DNA of 56,778 nucleotides from Gaiellales bacterium. Lineage in GTDB: Bacteria; Actinomycetota; Thermoleophilia; Gaiellales; JAICJC01. Shown piece by piece: positions 33,902-42,411 of the stretch (the stretch's first letter is position 1; each line of letters starts with the position of its first letter). The stretch lies in assembly GCA_035553035.1 (NCBI GenBank), contig DATNEO010000019.1, positions 1-56,778 of the forward strand, written 5' to 3'. A program made the translations under genes and the position numbers. The notes under the pieces were generated by a model. That model ran no database searches, was not told the origin of the DNA, and worked only from the letters and a program-made list of their open reading frames with translations.

Positions 33902-35195
33902 GCAGCGCCACCGCCTCGCTTGCAAGCTCGAGCAGGGCGGCGTCCAGGTCGGGCTCGCCCTCGGCCGGCTCAGGCACGTTGTCGCAGAAGACGACGCGAA
34001 TTCCGTGTTCGGCCGCGTACTCACAGACGACGTCGATCGCGGCCGCCTTCACCTCGACCAGGAACGTGCCGGCCGCCGCGACGTCGTCCCGCGCCAGCGC
34101 CTCGCACAGCGCCCGGCGGTCGGACAGGGCCGGCACCACAGCAACCACGTCCGCCTCGAGCCGCTCGGCCAGGCCGCCCGCCCGCTCGGCCGGGGCGGTC
34201 GTGAAGAACGCCACCGATCCGTCGCCGAGCGGCTCCGCGGGCGACGGTCGCAGCGTCACCGCCACCGTGGGCCGCCCGGGCGCAACCGCCTCGATCGCCT
34301 CGCGGGTGTCGTCGCAGCCGTGCTCGGCCATGGTGATCACGACAAGGTCGCTGCGGAGCACCCCCACCGGCCCCAACCCCGCCGTCAGCGCCGCGGCCGG
34401 GCGATGAGCCGACGTGACCAGCACCGTGCGATCGGCGCGGAGCGGCGGCACGGCCGCCCCGGAGCCCTCCAGCAGGATCAGATCGGGGTCGAGCGACCCG
34501 GCCAGACGGGCCGCCTCGGCCACGTTCGAGAGGTACGTGCCGCCCGACAGGCCGCCGCCGCAGCGGCGCGCGCCGACGGTGGCGACACCCGCCAGCACGG
34601 CGTCCTCGAGGAAGTCGGAGGCCGCGTGCATGCCGGCACGCGAGCGCTCCAGCAGCTGCTGCACGCCGAGCTGTCCGTCGGACGGCAGCACCAGCTCGGG
34701 CTCGGCGGGACCACCGCGGCCCATCGCCACCACCACCACGTCACGGCCAACCGCATGCAGCAGGCGCGCCGCGTGCGCCGACACCGCCGTCTTGCCGACC
34801 CGTTTGCCGGTGCCGACGATCGCCAGCGCCGGATGCTCGAGCGGCTCCGCCACGGGCGGGCGCAGCTCGAAGTCGGCGCCCTCGTAGGCCAGCCCGGCGG
34901 CGAGGGCGTTCGCGGCCAGCCACAGCCGCCGCCTCTCGCTCAGCACCGGCTCGTCGGACAGGTCGAGCACGCGGTCGGCGCCGTGGCGGGCGGCCGCTTC
35001 CAGCATCGAGGAGGCGGCGTCGCCGGACAGCGTCTCCAGCGGCACGCCGTAGTCGGGATCGCCGGCCAGCTTCTCGGTGCCGCCCAGCAGCAGCGCCGCG
35101 ACGACGTCGGCCGACGCGGCGGCCTGCTCGAGCGCAGCCCGCACCACCTGCGGGTAGTGCTCGCCGTCCACCAGCGCGAGCACCCGCGGGCGCAT
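33894..35195 (-). CDS. Cyclic 2,3-diphosphoglycerate synthetase-like protein
   Basis: 433 aa. N-terminal LVDGEHYPQVV and P-loop IVGTGKRVGKTAVS match my recollection of archaeal cDPG synthetases. Directly coupled to 2-phosphoglycerate kinase. Needs HMM confirmation. Confidence 0.6.
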   Translation of the reverse strand: MRPRVLALVDGEHYPQVVRAALEQAAASADVVAALLLGGTEKLAGDPDYGVPLETLSGDAASSMLEAAARHGADRVLDLSDEPVLSERRRLWLAANALAAGLAYEGADFELRPPVAEPLEHPALAIVGTGKRVGKTAVSAHAARLLHAVGRDVVVVAMGRGGPAEPELVLPSDGQLGVQQLLERSRAGMHAASDFLEDAVLAGVATVGARRCGGGLSGGTYLSNVAEAARLAGSLDPDLILLEGSGAAVPPLRADRTVLVTSAHRPAAALTAGLGPVGVLRSDLVVITMAEHGCDDTREAIEAVAPGRPTVAVTLRPSPAEPLGDGSVAFFTTAPAERAGGLAERLEADVVAVVPALSDRRALCEALARDDVAAAGTFLVEVKAAAIDVVCEYAAEHGIRVVFCDNVPEPAEGEPDLDAALLELASEAVALRA

Positions 35196-35980
35196 CAGCG
35201 GCTCCCACGCTGGGGTGGGTGCTTCTCGTAGGCCAGCGTGCGAGTCGAGAAGCGGATGATCGTCTCGCGGTCGTGGTACGGGTAACGGCGGTAGATGTCG
35301 ACCAGGTCGTCGCCGATCTCGACCACGTTGTAACAGGGCCGCGTGTATCCGCGCACGCGCAGCGACGAGACGGTGCCGGCATTGACAACGAACAGGTCCT
35401 CCAGCCGCCAGGCGTACGGCACGTGCTTGTGCCCCGATAGCACCAGGTTGACCTTGGCACGCTGCAGCACCTCCAGCGTGTCCCCGGCGTCGTGCACGAC
35501 ATTGCGCTCGCGGCCGGTGCCGGGGATCGGCAGCAGGTGATGGTGCAGCACGAACACGCGGAAGTCGGCCTCGGGCTGGAACTGCTCCTCGATCCAGTCG
35601 TAGCGGCTGCGCCCCACCACGCCGTGGTCGAGGTCGGGCTCGGAGGAGTCGATAGCCACGAACGTGATGCCGTGCTTGCGCAGCACGGTCGAGCGCGGCC
35701 CCACCATCTCCTCGAAGTGCACGTAGCCGACGTTGCGGGAGTCGTGGTTGCCGGGGATCGTGATCACGTCCGGGCAGTCCAGGCGGTCGAGGTAGCTGCG
35801 CGCCTGCGTGTACTCCTGCTTGTAGCCGAAGGTGGTCAGATCGCCGGAGCAGACAACGACGTCGGGCTGCATGTCGTTGATCTCGACGATGGCGCGCTCC
35901 AGCAGGTTGGCCACGAAGTACGGCGACCCGCAGTGCAGGTCGGAGAGATGCGCGATCACGAACGGGCGTTCCGCTGTCAT
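35195..35980 (-). CDS. Metallophosphoesterase
   Basis: LSDLHCG, GDLT, GNHD, HHH, GHKH calcineurin-like motifs. ATGA overlap with the downstream gene. Confidence 0.8.
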   Translation of the reverse strand: MTAERPFVIAHLSDLHCGSPYFVANLLERAIVEINDMQPDVVVCSGDLTTFGYKQEYTQARSYLDRLDCPDVITIPGNHDSRNVGYVHFEEMVGPRSTVLRKHGITFVAIDSSEPDLDHGVVGRSRYDWIEEQFQPEADFRVFVLHHHLLPIPGTGRERNVVHDAGDTLEVLQRAKVNLVLSGHKHVPYAWRLEDLFVVNAGTVSSLRVRGYTRPCYNVVEIGDDLVDIYRRYPYHDRETIIRFSTRTLAYEKHPPQRGSR

Positions 35981-36036
35981 AGGGTGGCGATCATAGACCG
36001 CGCTGTCCGCCCTGCGAAGTACAGTTTCCAAGCGGA

Positions 36037-36402
36037 ATGCAGGAACAACCTCGGTTCCACGCCTACGCGGGCGACTCTCCGCCGGCCTTCGCCAACGAGG
36101 CCGAGCTCGAGTGTGCGCAGATCCTCGACTACCACGGCATTCCCTGGGAATACGAGCCGCATACCTTCACCCTCGACGTCGACGAGGACGGCAACACGCT
36201 CGAGGCATTCACTCCCGACTTCTACCTGCCCGAGCAGGATCTCTACCTCGAGATCACCACCATGAAGCAATCGCTCGTGACCAAGAAGAACCGCAAGCTG
36301 CGCAGGCTGCGGGAGCTGCGCCCGGACGTGCGGGTCAAGCTGTTCTACCGGCGCGACGTCGAGGCCCTTGCCGAGAAGTATGAGCTCGGCGAGGCTTCGT
36401 GA
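36037..36402 (+). CDS. Hypothetical protein, possible PD-(D/E)xK nuclease fold
   Basis: FTPDFYLPEQDLYLEITTMK resembles a D...ExK core (inference only). GTGA overlap with hpt. Confidence 0.55.
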   Translation: MQEQPRFHAYAGDSPPAFANEAELECAQILDYHGIPWEYEPHTFTLDVDEDGNTLEAFTPDFYLPEQDLYLEITTMKQSLVTKKNRKLRRLRELRPDVRVKLFYRRDVEALAEKYELGEAS

Positions 36403-36950
36403 GCGTGGCCGCAGAGCACCTGCTGACGCCATCGCCCGGTGAAGTCGCCTTTGGAGCGGATCTGATCGCCGGGCGGCTGGACGAGCTGGCCCGCCAGATC
36501 AGCGGCGACTACCGCGGCCGCGACCTTGTGCTGGTGACCGTGCTGAAGGGCTCCGCGATCTTCCTGGCCGACCTGTCGCGGCGGCTGACGATCCCCCACC
36601 GGCTGGACTTCATCGCGATCTCGGCCTACCGCGGCGCCTCCGCCGGCTCGAGCGGCCGGATCCGGCTGCTGAAGGACATCGACCGGCCGGTGCGCGGCGC
36701 GCACGTGCTGATCGTCGAGGACATCGTCGACACCGGCCTCACGCTCAACTACCTGTTCACCACGCTGCGGTTCCGCGGCGCCGAATCCGTCGAGGTGTGC
36801 ACGCTGCTCGACCGCCCCTACCGGCGGCTGATCGAGATCGAGCCGCGCTACGTCGGATTCACCGCCCCCGATGCGTTCGTTGTGGGATACGGGTTCGATT
36901 ACCGCCAGCGCTTCCGGAATCTGCCGGACATCCACCTGCTCGCGCGCTGA
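36399..36950 (+). CDS. hpt: Hypoxanthine phosphoribosyltransferase
   Basis: PRPP motif VLIVEDIVDTGLT, plus GYGFDY. Confidence 0.9.
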   Translation: MSVAAEHLLTPSPGEVAFGADLIAGRLDELARQISGDYRGRDLVLVTVLKGSAIFLADLSRRLTIPHRLDFIAISAYRGASAGSSGRIRLLKDIDRPVRGAHVLIVEDIVDTGLTLNYLFTTLRFRGAESVEVCTLLDRPYRRLIEIEPRYVGFTAPDAFVVGYGFDYRQRFRNLPDIHLLAR

Positions 36951-37833
36951 GCTCGTCACGCACGATCGACGCAACCCGCTCGCGGTCGTGGCGCAGCCCG
37001 TAGGGGCCGGCCCGGTAGGCGTCCTGGTGCAGGTCGACCAGCGCCGGCAGCTCCCGCTCCAGCCACTCGAAGTAGTGCTCGCGCACGCCCGGGCGCAGGT
37101 GCAGAAGGATCGGGCTGACGTGGTCGGCGCCGGCGTCCAGGCAGGCCCGGGTCAGCCGCCGGATCTGCTCCTCGTCGTCGCTGATGCCGGGCAGGATCGG
37201 CGCCATCAGCACGGACGGCCGCAGGCCCGCGGCGGCCAGCCTCGAGATCGCCTCCAGCCGGCTGCTGGGCGAAGCCGCGCCCGGCTCGGTGATCCGGGCC
37301 ACCGCGTCTTCGTCGGTGCCGATCGACATCGCGACGCTCACGCGCGTGCGCCCGGCGGCCTCGCTCAGCAGGTCGATGTCACGCACGATCAGCGACGACT
37401 TGGTCAGGATCGAGAACGGGTTGCGCCGTCGCGACAGCACCTCCACCAGCCCCCGCGTCAGCCGGTAGTGGCCCTCGGCCGGCTGGTAGGGATCGGTGTT
37501 CGTGCCCATCGCGATCGCGTCGCCGCTCCAGGCGGGGTCCTCCAGCTCGCGGTCGAGCTTCTCGACCGCGTTCACCTTGACCACGATCCGCCGCTCGAAG
37601 TCCTCGCCCGAGTTCAGGCCGAGGTACTCGTGCGTGGGCCGGGCGAAGCAGTAGGTGCAGGCGTGGCGGCAGCCGCGATAGACGTTGATCGTGTGGCGAA
37701 ACGGCATCCGCGAGGAGGCCGGCAGCGTGTTGATGATCCGCCGCGCGTTGACCGCCATGTACTCCACGCTGGGCAGCTCTCGCTGCTCGGGGCCGAACAG
37801 CGCCAGCTGCGGTTCGTCAGGTAGCCACCGCAT
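36859..37833 (-). CDS. Radical SAM protein (Rv2578c / SplB-like)
   Basis: CRHACTYC CxxxCxxC cluster motif. The last ~30 codons overlap the hpt 3' end in antisense, so the stop position is uncertain. Confidence 0.8.
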   Translation of the reverse strand: MRWLPDEPQLALFGPEQRELPSVEYMAVNARRIINTLPASSRMPFRHTINVYRGCRHACTYCFARPTHEYLGLNSGEDFERRIVVKVNAVEKLDRELEDPAWSGDAIAMGTNTDPYQPAEGHYRLTRGLVEVLSRRRNPFSILTKSSLIVRDIDLLSEAAGRTRVSVAMSIGTDEDAVARITEPGAASPSSRLEAISRLAAAGLRPSVLMAPILPGISDDEEQIRRLTRACLDAGADHVSPILLHLRPGVREHYFEWLERELPALVDLHQDAYRAGPYGLRHDRERVASIVRDELSARAGGCPADSGSAGGNRTRIPQRTHRGR

Positions 37834-37887
37834 GCCGACACTATAGCGAACATACGTTCGCCTCGCATGAGGCGGGCGGACCCGGCT

Positions 37888-38682
37888 CTACTGCTCGCGC
37901 TCCGGCTGCTCGGCCGGTGCCGCCGCGGGCTGCTCGGCAGCCTGCCCCTCGCTCAGCTCCCCGGCCGGCGCGGCCGGAGCGGCCAGCTCCGTGCGGATCT
38001 TCTCCAGCTCGGCATCGACCTGGGCATCGGCCGAGAGCGCCGCGATCTGGCGGTCGAGCGAGGAGGTGCTGGATGAGCCGACCTCGTCCAGGGCGCCGGT
38101 CGAGACCAGCTCCTCGACGGCGGACGCGCGCGCCCGCATCTGCTCCACCCGGTCCTGCGCCCGCGCGGTGGCGGCGCCGATGTCGGACAGTTCCGACGAC
38201 AGCCCGGCCGTGGCCTCGCCGATCCGCACCTGCGCCTCGGCCGCCGAGTACTGCGCCTTGATCACTTCCTTCTGGGTGCGGAAGGACTCGACCTTCTGCG
38301 AGAGCTCCTGCTGCTGCGCGACCATCTGGCGCTGCTGCTCCTCGAGCCCGGCGATCTGCTGGTCGAGCCCCTGCAGCTGCTCCTGCACCAGCACCTTGCG
38401 CTCCAGCGCGGTTCGGGCGAGGTCGTCGCGCCCGGCCGAGAGCGCCTGGCGGGCCTGGCCGTCGAGCTTCACGACGCTCTGCTCGAGCCCCTGGGTCTGG
38501 TGCTGCAGCCGCTTCTTCGCGGTGACCACGTCGGCCAGGCCGCGCTTGGTCTTCTGCAGCATCTCCAGCTGCCTCTGGTAGCTGTAGTCGAGCGTCTCGC
38601 CCGGGTTCTCGACCCGGTCCAGCGTGCGACTGGCCTTGGCCTTGAAGATCATCGTGAACCGCTGCCACAACCCCACGGTCAT
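37888..38682 (-). CDS. pspA: PspA/IM30 family protein
   Basis: MIFKAKASRTLDRVENPGETLDYSYQRQLEMLQK... is a canonical PspA N-terminus, followed by coiled coil. Confidence 0.85.
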   Translation of the reverse strand: MTVGLWQRFTMIFKAKASRTLDRVENPGETLDYSYQRQLEMLQKTKRGLADVVTAKKRLQHQTQGLEQSVVKLDGQARQALSAGRDDLARTALERKVLVQEQLQGLDQQIAGLEEQQRQMVAQQQELSQKVESFRTQKEVIKAQYSAAEAQVRIGEATAGLSSELSDIGAATARAQDRVEQMRARASAVEELVSTGALDEVGSSSTSSLDRQIAALSADAQVDAELEKIRTELAAPAAPAGELSEGQAAEQPAAAPAEQPEREQ

Positions 38683-39002
38683 TCCTCCGGAGACGACGTA
38701 TCGGGCTCGGAATCTAGCGTATCAAGCCCTCGCAGGGCGCCCGCGGCCTCCGCGCGCAGCCGCCGGCGCTCGCTCTGGTAGTCCTCGTCGCCGACCTTGC
38801 CGGTACGGTGATCCTGCTCCAGGTCGCGCAGGCCGGCGTATGCGGCGTCGCGGCGCTCCATCAACTCCAGCCGGCTGCGGTCGCGCTGCGACAGCGCCTG
38901 CTCGGGCGCTCCCCGCTCAGGCGACAGGAACGGCCAGGCCACCGCAACCACGACGGTGGCGACGATGACCGCCACGACGGCGGCCTCGATGGCGGTGCTC
39001 AC
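38679..39002 (-). CDS. Small membrane protein, CcmI/CcmH N-terminal-like
   Basis: One TM helix, then LELMERRDAAYAGLRDLEQDHRTGKVGDEDYQSERRRL. This resembles small proteins found after ccmF. GTGA and ATGA overlaps occur at its two ends. Confidence 0.5.
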   Translation of the reverse strand: MSTAIEAAVVAVIVATVVVAVAWPFLSPERGAPEQALSQRDRSRLELMERRDAAYAGLRDLEQDHRTGKVGDEDYQSERRRLRAEAAGALRGLDTLDSEPDTSSPEE

Positions 39003-41044
39003 GCCTCTTTGGCCAGCGCGGTCGAGTAGCGTCGCGCGAGCTGGCGGGCCTCGCGCGGATCGGGCCAGATCGTGATCGCGGCGCCCAGCACGAACACCAG
39101 GCCGGCCAGCCAGATCAGGCTCACCATCGGGTTCACCAGCGCCTTGATCACGACCTCGTTCTTGCTCGGGTCGGCGCCCTGCAGGATCGTGTAGACGTCG
39201 ACGCCGCGCAGGTCGTGGCGGATGTCGACCTCGTTCGACTGCGTCTTCACCGTGTGGTCGGTGAAGTCGCGCACGGCCGGATACAGCGTCCCCTGTCTGC
39301 TGCCTCCGCGGCTGACCACCAGCCGCGCCGCCGTGTCCACGTAGTTGGGACCGGTGGTCGATCGCATGCCGGTGTAGGTGAGCGTGTAGCCGCCCACCTG
39401 CATCGACTGGCCAGGTTTCAGCACGGCCTGGTTGACGCTGCCGTACGCACCCGAGGCGGCGATACCGACCACCAGCAACACCACCGCCAGGTGCACGACG
39501 TAGCCACCGTAGCGGCGGCGGTTGCGGCTGATCAGATCGACCAGCGCCCGCGGCCAGGAGCCGCCGGCGATCGCCCGGCGGGCCGAGGCGCCGCGCGCGA
39601 ACTCCAGGCCGATCGTGACCGTCACGAAGATGCACAGCGAGAAGGCCGTCAGCCCCGGCCAGCTCGAACCAAGGCCGAGCAGCGCCAGCAGCGCGGCGCC
39701 GGCGACGGCCGAGATCACCGGCCAGCGGAAGGTGCGCCAGAGGCTGCCCGGCGTCGCGCGCCGCCACGCGATCAGCGGACCGATCCCGGTCAGCGCCAGC
39801 AGCGGCAGCCCGAACGCGACCAGGAAGAAGTTGTAGTAGGGCACCGACACCGTGCTGCGCACTCCCCGCACCGCCTCGGACAGCAGCGGGAACACCACGC
39901 CCCACAGGATCACGAACGCGAAGGCCAGCAGCAGCAGGTTGTTGAACAGGAACGTCGCCTCGCGCGACACCACCGACTCAAGCTTGTGGTCGCTGCGAAG
40001 CAGGGGCAGCCGCCACACCAGCAGCGTGGTCGCGAACGCCAGCACGATCGACAGGAACACCAGCAGCGCCGGCCCCACCGGCGATTGCACGAACGAGTGG
40101 ATCGAGTCGACCACACCGCTCCGTGTCAGGAACGTGCCGAAGATGGACAGCGCGAACGTGGCGGTGACCAGCACCACGTTCCAGACCTTCAGCATGCCCC
40201 GCTTCTCCTGCACCATCACCGAGTGCAGGTAGGCGGTGCCGGCCAGCCACGGCATCAGCGCCGCGTTCTCGACCGGATCCCAGCCCCAGTAGCCGCCCCA
40301 GCCGATCTCGACGTAGGCCCAGTGCGCGCCCAGCAGCATGCCCACGCCCAGCGACGCCCATGCGAACAGCGTCCAGCGGCGCACGGACGCCAGCCAGCGG
40401 GCGTCGGTGCGGCGCGTGATCAGCGCCGCCATGGCGAACGCGAACGGCACGGCGAACGAGACGTAGCCCAGGTACAGCGCCGGCGGGTGCGCGGCCATGT
40501 AGGGGTTCTGGAGCGACGGATCGAGGCCGAAGCCGTCGTGCGGCACGACGCCCGCCGTGCGCTCGAACGGCGAGGAGATGATCGTCGCCATCGATGCGAA
40601 GAACACCATGCAGCCGCCCAGCACCGCCGTCACCCACGGCATCAGCTCACGGTTCTTGTGCCTGTTCTGGAGCGTCACCAGCGAGGAGGCGCCGGTCAGC
40701 ACCGTCAGCCACAGCAGCAGCGAGCCGGGCTGGCTGGCCCACAGCGAGGTCAGCAGGTAGGGCGTCGGCAGCGTGCGGCTGGTGTGCTGCAGAACGACCG
40801 CGATCGAGAAGTCGTGGCGCACCAGCGCGATCTCGAGCAGCACCACGGCCGAGACCGTGCAGACGAACGCCGCCATCACGGCGTTGCCGGCGCTGCGCAT
40901 CAACCGCCGGTCGCGGCGCAGGCCGGCCAGCACGGAGGCAACGGTGACGTAGCTGACCAGCGCCAGCACGAGCAGCAGCAGCGCGCTGCCGACGGTGGCC
41001 AAGGTCAGGCCCCCGAGCCGCCGCCCGAGTACTTGCTCGGGCAC
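38999..41044 (-). CDS. ccmF: Cytochrome c-type biogenesis protein CcmF (haem lyase)
   Basis: WWD motif WGGYWGWDPVEN and about 15 TM helices. The start is uncertain, since ATG 41044 overlaps ccmE by 40 nt. Confidence 0.9.
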   Translation of the reverse strand: MPEQVLGRRLGGLTLATVGSALLLLVLALVSYVTVASVLAGLRRDRRLMRSAGNAVMAAFVCTVSAVVLLEIALVRHDFSIAVVLQHTSRTLPTPYLLTSLWASQPGSLLLWLTVLTGASSLVTLQNRHKNRELMPWVTAVLGGCMVFFASMATIISSPFERTAGVVPHDGFGLDPSLQNPYMAAHPPALYLGYVSFAVPFAFAMAALITRRTDARWLASVRRWTLFAWASLGVGMLLGAHWAYVEIGWGGYWGWDPVENAALMPWLAGTAYLHSVMVQEKRGMLKVWNVVLVTATFALSIFGTFLTRSGVVDSIHSFVQSPVGPALLVFLSIVLAFATTLLVWRLPLLRSDHKLESVVSREATFLFNNLLLLAFAFVILWGVVFPLLSEAVRGVRSTVSVPYYNFFLVAFGLPLLALTGIGPLIAWRRATPGSLWRTFRWPVISAVAGAALLALLGLGSSWPGLTAFSLCIFVTVTIGLEFARGASARRAIAGGSWPRALVDLISRNRRRYGGYVVHLAVVLLVVGIAASGAYGSVNQAVLKPGQSMQVGGYTLTYTGMRSTTGPNYVDTAARLVVSRGGSRQGTLYPAVRDFTDHTVKTQSNEVDIRHDLRGVDVYTILQGADPSKNEVVIKALVNPMVSLIWLAGLVFVLGAAITIWPDPREARQLARRYSTALAKEA

Positions 41045-41418
41045 TTCGTGATCAGCGAGTCGGGGTTGGCCACGAACTGGCCGTTCACCATGTGCCCGGT
41101 GACGATGATCCGCCGGCCCTGCTGGAAGGCGTCGGGCACCGATCCGCCCGTGTAGCGCACCGGCACCGTCTGCGCCGACCCCTCGTCCTTGACCACCATC
41201 GTGAAGGGTGCCTGGGCGGTGGCGCAGTCGACGCCCTCGCAGCTGACGGCGGTGCCCGTGAGCTGCACGGTGTGCTTGGCGGCGCCGTCCTTGTCGGCGC
41301 GCAGCTGGCTGACGGTGACGACCAGCTGCCCGGAGCCGCGGGCGACCTGATAGACCAGGAACACCGCCAGCAGAGCTGCGACGGCAAGCGCGATCACCAG
41401 ACGCGGAGCGGCAGTCAT
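41005..41418 (-). CDS. ccmE: Haem chaperone CcmE, CxxxY variant
   Basis: N-terminal anchor plus OB fold (V.V.G.V, PDAF.EG). The C-terminal motif is ITKCPSKY (Cys126...Tyr130) where canonical CcmE has HxxxY. Confidence 0.85.
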   Translation of the reverse strand: MTAAPRLVIALAVAALLAVFLVYQVARGSGQLVVTVSQLRADKDGAAKHTVQLTGTAVSCEGVDCATAQAPFTMVVKDEGSAQTVPVRYTGGSVPDAFQQGRRIIVTGHMVNGQFVANPDSLITKCPSKYSGGGSGA

Positions 41419-41464
41419 CGCCGTCAGCGTATCAAGGGCGTTCGCCGCTCAGCCGCAGGGCGGC

Positions 41465-41689
41465 TCACGCCGCGGTGTCGGGCACGGCGTAGCCAAGATC
41501 GAGGCACAGCTGCCCGCGCTGCGTTTCGCGCAGGGCGTCGGTGTAGCCCTGGCCGTAGGCGGCGCGCAGGAACCACCCCAGCAGCTCCATATCGAGGTGC
41601 TCGGGGCGCAGCTCGAACAGCTCAGCCCACAGCTCGGCCAGCCGGACGTCGATCGCCATCGCCAACGTGTCTTTGCGCTCGTTTGCCAT
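41465..41689 (-). CDS. Small hypothetical protein
   Basis: 74 aa. TACGCT lies 8 nt upstream of the ATG. No domain recognised. Confidence 0.4.
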   Translation of the reverse strand: MANERKDTLAMAIDVRLAELWAELFELRPEHLDMELLGWFLRAAYGQGYTDALRETQRGQLCLDLGYAVPDTAA

Positions 41690-41763
41690 CAAATCACAGC
41701 GTAGGTGGGCGATCGGACGGAGTACCACCGCAATTGGGCTGCATCCGCAGCCTTTCGCGCCGA

Positions 41764-41769
41764 TAGACT
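41764..41769 (+). promoter_or_regulatory. -10 like hexamer TAGACT, 6 nt upstream of ATG 41776 (leaderless)
   Basis: TAnnnT pattern, 6-nt spacer, no SD. Confidence 0.45.
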
Positions 41770-41775
41770 CGCACC

Positions 41776-42411
41776 ATGCCCAATCTCGCCACCTGGCTGG
41801 CATTCGTCGCTACAGCGCTGGTGCTGCTCCTGATCCCGGGGCCGGCCGTGCTCTACATCGTCTCGCAGAGCGTGGAGCACGGGCGCCGCGCGGGCCTGAT
41901 GGCCACGCTCGGCGTGCACTGCGGCACGCTGGTACACATCACCGCGGCCGCACTGGGGCTGTCGGCGATCCTGGTGTCCTCATCGATCGCGTTCGGAGCG
42001 GTGCGCCTGGTCGGCGCCGCCTACCTGATCTACCTGGGAGTCCGCACCCTGGCCGATCGCACCGCCCGCGCGCAGGCGCCCGCGCCGCGCGAGACGCGGC
42101 TGGGCCTGATCTTCCGCCAGGGCATCCTGGTGAACGTCACCAACCCGAAGACGGCGCTGTTCTTCTTCGCGTTCCTGCCGCAGTTCGTGAACCGAAACGG
42201 CGCGCCGATTCCGGAGCAGATCGTGGTGCTGGGGCTGACCTTCGCGGTGCTGGGCCTGATCACCGACGGCGCCTGGGCGGTGGCGGCGGGCAGCGCGGCC
42301 GGCTGGGTGAAGGGGCGCTCGACGGTGCGCAGCCTGCAGCGGTGGGTGACGGGGTGCATCTTCATCGGCCTGGGCGTGGCGACCGCCCTGGTCGGGTCCG
42401 AGAAGCGCTAG
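41776..42411 (+). CDS. LysE/RhtB family amino-acid exporter
   Basis: LLLIPGPAVLYIVSQS, NPKTALFF.AFLPQF. Confidence 0.85.
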   Translation: MPNLATWLAFVATALVLLLIPGPAVLYIVSQSVEHGRRAGLMATLGVHCGTLVHITAAALGLSAILVSSSIAFGAVRLVGAAYLIYLGVRTLADRTARAQAPAPRETRLGLIFRQGILVNVTNPKTALFFFAFLPQFVNRNGAPIPEQIVVLGLTFAVLGLITDGAWAVAAGSAAGWVKGRSTVRSLQRWVTGCIFIGLGVATALVGSEKR

